A stretch of 64,000 nucleotides of DNA from Candidatus Oxydemutatoraceae bacterium (GTDB lineage: Bacteria > Pseudomonadota > Gammaproteobacteria > Poriferisulfidales > Oxydemutatoraceae), in NCBI GenBank assembly GCA_965220085.1, contig CBDCOZ010000003.1, positions 288,001-352,000 on the forward strand. Direction: 5' to 3'. The notes beneath the pieces were generated by a model that ran no database searches, had not been told where the DNA came from, and saw only the letters and a list, made by a program, of their open reading frames with translations. Numbering within the stretch: position 1 is the first letter of the stretch; the number at the start of each line of letters is the position of its first letter. Shown here piece by piece: positions 59,408-64,000 of this stretch. The translations under genes were made by a program, and so were the position numbers.

Positions 59408-59932
59408 ATGAGCATCAGGTCATTTAACGGGATAGACCCCAAGATTCACTCAAGCGCTTTCGTTGATGAGAGCGCGGTTGTCACCGGCGATGTTGTCATC
59501 GGTGCGGATAGTTCGGTGTGGCCGTTGTGTTCGCTACGCGGCGACATCATGCGCATTGCGATTGGCGATCGCACCAACATTCAGGATAACTCGGCATTGC
59601 ACACGACCAGCGATACCGACTTTGTCCCCGGCGGGTTCGCACTCACGATTGGCAACGACGTAACTGTCGGTCATGGGTGTGTTATCCACGCGTGCGCCAT
59701 TGAGGATTTGTGTCTGATTGGCATGGGTTCTGTCGTGCTCGACGGCGCTGTTGTGCAGGCGGGCGCGATGGTCGGTGCCGCAAGCCTTGTGCCGCCCGGC
59801 AAAACGCTTGAAGGTGGTTTTCTCTGGATTGGCAGTCCGGTCAAAAAAGCACGTGAGCTGAGCGATAAGGAGAAATCGTTCCTGTCATTCTCCGCCGAGT
59901 CATATGTTGAGTTGAAGCAGCAACATATGTAA
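59408..59932 (+). CDS. Gamma carbonic anhydrase family protein (YrdA-like)
   Basis: LRGD, TNIQDNSALH, TVGHGCVIHAC hexapeptide repeats. Confidence 0.93.
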   Translation: MSIRSFNGIDPKIHSSAFVDESAVVTGDVVIGADSSVWPLCSLRGDIMRIAIGDRTNIQDNSALHTTSDTDFVPGGFALTIGNDVTVGHGCVIHACAIEDLCLIGMGSVVLDGAVVQAGAMVGAASLVPPGKTLEGGFLWIGSPVKKARELSDKEKSFLSFSAESYVELKQQHM

Positions 59933-59947
59933 CCCGGTTGCTACTAA

Positions 59948-62690
<2,743 letters not shown>

Positions 62691-62710
62691 ATCGTTTCTG
62701 CGCGATGCGA

Positions 62711-63268
62711 CTACTCTCTTATTACCCGCCCGTCGCTTACATCGCGTATCGTCGTCGGGTGCGTTAAATCTCCGACTTTGCTTTCAACGATGTAGTGTAT
62801 CGCATCGCCAAAAATTTCTCTGACTTGTTGCGCCGTTTTTGCCGGTTCCTCGCCCGAGAGGTTGGCGCTGGTTGAAATCAATGCGCTTTCCAGCGTGTCG
62901 CACAGAGTGATGACAGGCGGGTGCGCGCTGATGCGCACGGCAATACCCGCTTGTCCGGCACGCAGCCACTGCGGACAAGTGTCTGCGACCGGAAACACCC
63001 AGGTATTCGGTCCCGGCCAGGTATTTTTGACGCGGCGCAGAAAATGTTCATTCGTGATATCGCAAAACATATCCAACTGACTTGCTTGTGATGCAATCAG
63101 GATAAAGCCTTTATCGACAGGGCGCGATTTTATTTCGGCCACACGCATGACCGCCTCTTTGTTGCACGGGTCGCAACCGATGCCGAACACCGCCTCGGTC
63201 GGATACGCTATGACGCCGCCTTGTTTGACAACATCGCGTGCTGTGTGAAAAGTGTTCTCCTGGAGCAT
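62711..63268 (-). CDS. tsaC: L-threonylcarbamoyladenylate synthase
   Basis: [28 protein letters not shown]. Confidence 0.95.
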   Translation of the reverse strand: MLQENTFHTARDVVKQGGVIAYPTEAVFGIGCDPCNKEAVMRVAEIKSRPVDKGFILIASQASQLDMFCDITNEHFLRRVKNTWPGPNTWVFPVADTCPQWLRAGQAGIAVRISAHPPVITLCDTLESALISTSANLSGEEPAKTAQQVREIFGDAIHYIVESKVGDLTHPTTIRDVSDGRVIRE

Positions 63269-63359
63269 GCTACTTATGCATCATGTATCGCGCCATTCTA
63301 TAGGATGAGGCCTTCCGGCTTGGGGAGACAAAATGACGGAAGCTATCTTGCGGCAACGA

Positions 63360-64000
63360 TCATAGCGCCCGCTCCATCGGAACCTGAGCAATCTTTTCCT
63401 TCCCGGCAGGGGTATGAATTGGCTTGCCCAAAGGGCGCATTTTGAGGTTTCCCGAACAAAGCGCATTCACTCTGCCTCTGGCAACTTTTGAGTATTCGGC
63501 TTCTTTATCTATGGAAACACCCTTGCGATTATGTTTTATTGTGGCAATCAGGGTGGAACCAACTCCGCCAAAAGGATCTAGCACCCAATCACCCTTATTG
63601 GTGAAAGCGAGCACGCACCTCTCAATAAGTTCTACCGGGAATTGACAGGGATGGCAGGTCTTTTCAGGGTGATTTGATTTAACATTGGGCACATCAACTA
63701 CTCCGGAATCAAATTCATCCTGTATTAATTCCCAATAGTCGGATGGATTTTTCCCTTTGGGGTTTCCGCTGAGCAATCCCTTTTTATTGCCTTTGAAATG
63801 TCGCTTGCCGGGATATTTTGCCGGAACACGAATGGCGTCAAGGTTGAATATATAGTCATCGGACTTGGTAAACCAGAGCAGCGTCTCATATCTTCCGGAG
63901 AGTCTTTTGCTGGCATGAAGCCCGTGGTTAAAATGCCAGATAATCCTGTTCCGCAGCTTCAGATCGCACTTCTTAAACAAAGGATAAAAGAAATTATCCA
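63360..64000 (-). CDS. Site-specific DNA methyltransferase (N4/N6 type), 5' end outside the window
   Basis: RNRIIW, HPCQFPVELIERC, VLDPFGGVGST. Confidence 0.9.
   Translation of the reverse strand, partial: DNFFYPLFKKCDLKLRNRIIWHFNHGLHASKRLSGRYETLLWFTKSDDYIFNLDAIRVPAKYPGKRHFKGNKKGLLSGNPKGKNPSDYWELIQDEFDSGVVDVPNVKSNHPEKTCHPCQFPVELIERCVLAFTNKGDWVLDPFGGVGSTLIATIKHNRKGVSIDKEAEYSKVARGRVNALCSGNLKMRPLGKPIHTPAGKEKIAQVPMERAL

Overview
This looks like a gammaproteobacterial chromosome segment. The many Sel1, pentapeptide and coiled-coil repeat proteins suggest a host-associated organism such as an invertebrate symbiont (inference). Core genes flank the window: bioB and a bioF'-'bioB chimera on the left; comF, ubiA, a gamma-carbonic-anhydrase-like gene, aroE, hemB, hemF, tsaC and a DNA methyltransferase on the right. 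Between the divergent bioB and comF lies a ~55 kb accretion island with no integrase. It holds a scrambled LPS/surface-glycan cluster (Kdo/WaaP-like kinases, methyltransferases, pyruvyltransferase, GT4s, hldD, GT9) interleaved with secreted or membrane cargo: 3 Sel1 proteins, 5 paralogous small secreted peptides, 3 trypsin-like proteases, 2 pentapeptide-repeat proteins, a DUF2235 hydrolase plus lipoprotein, an SGNH hydrolase, an outer-membrane barrel, a holin and HigBA. The intergenic DNA is a patchwork of about a dozen internally deleted IS481-family relics, IS1595 fragments and pieces of neighbouring genes. Four signals stand out: (1) a recurrent module of Sel1 gene, conserved ~210-bp leader and hypervariable secreted peptide, linked twice to trypsin-like proteases; (2) tandem duplications of gene junctions whose copies differ mostly at synonymous sites; (3) reuse of promoter/RBS leaders in front of different cargo genes; (4) an alternating CAYAAACAA palindromic array inside an IS relic. 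Relic and fragment coordinates were placed by eye and are approximate.
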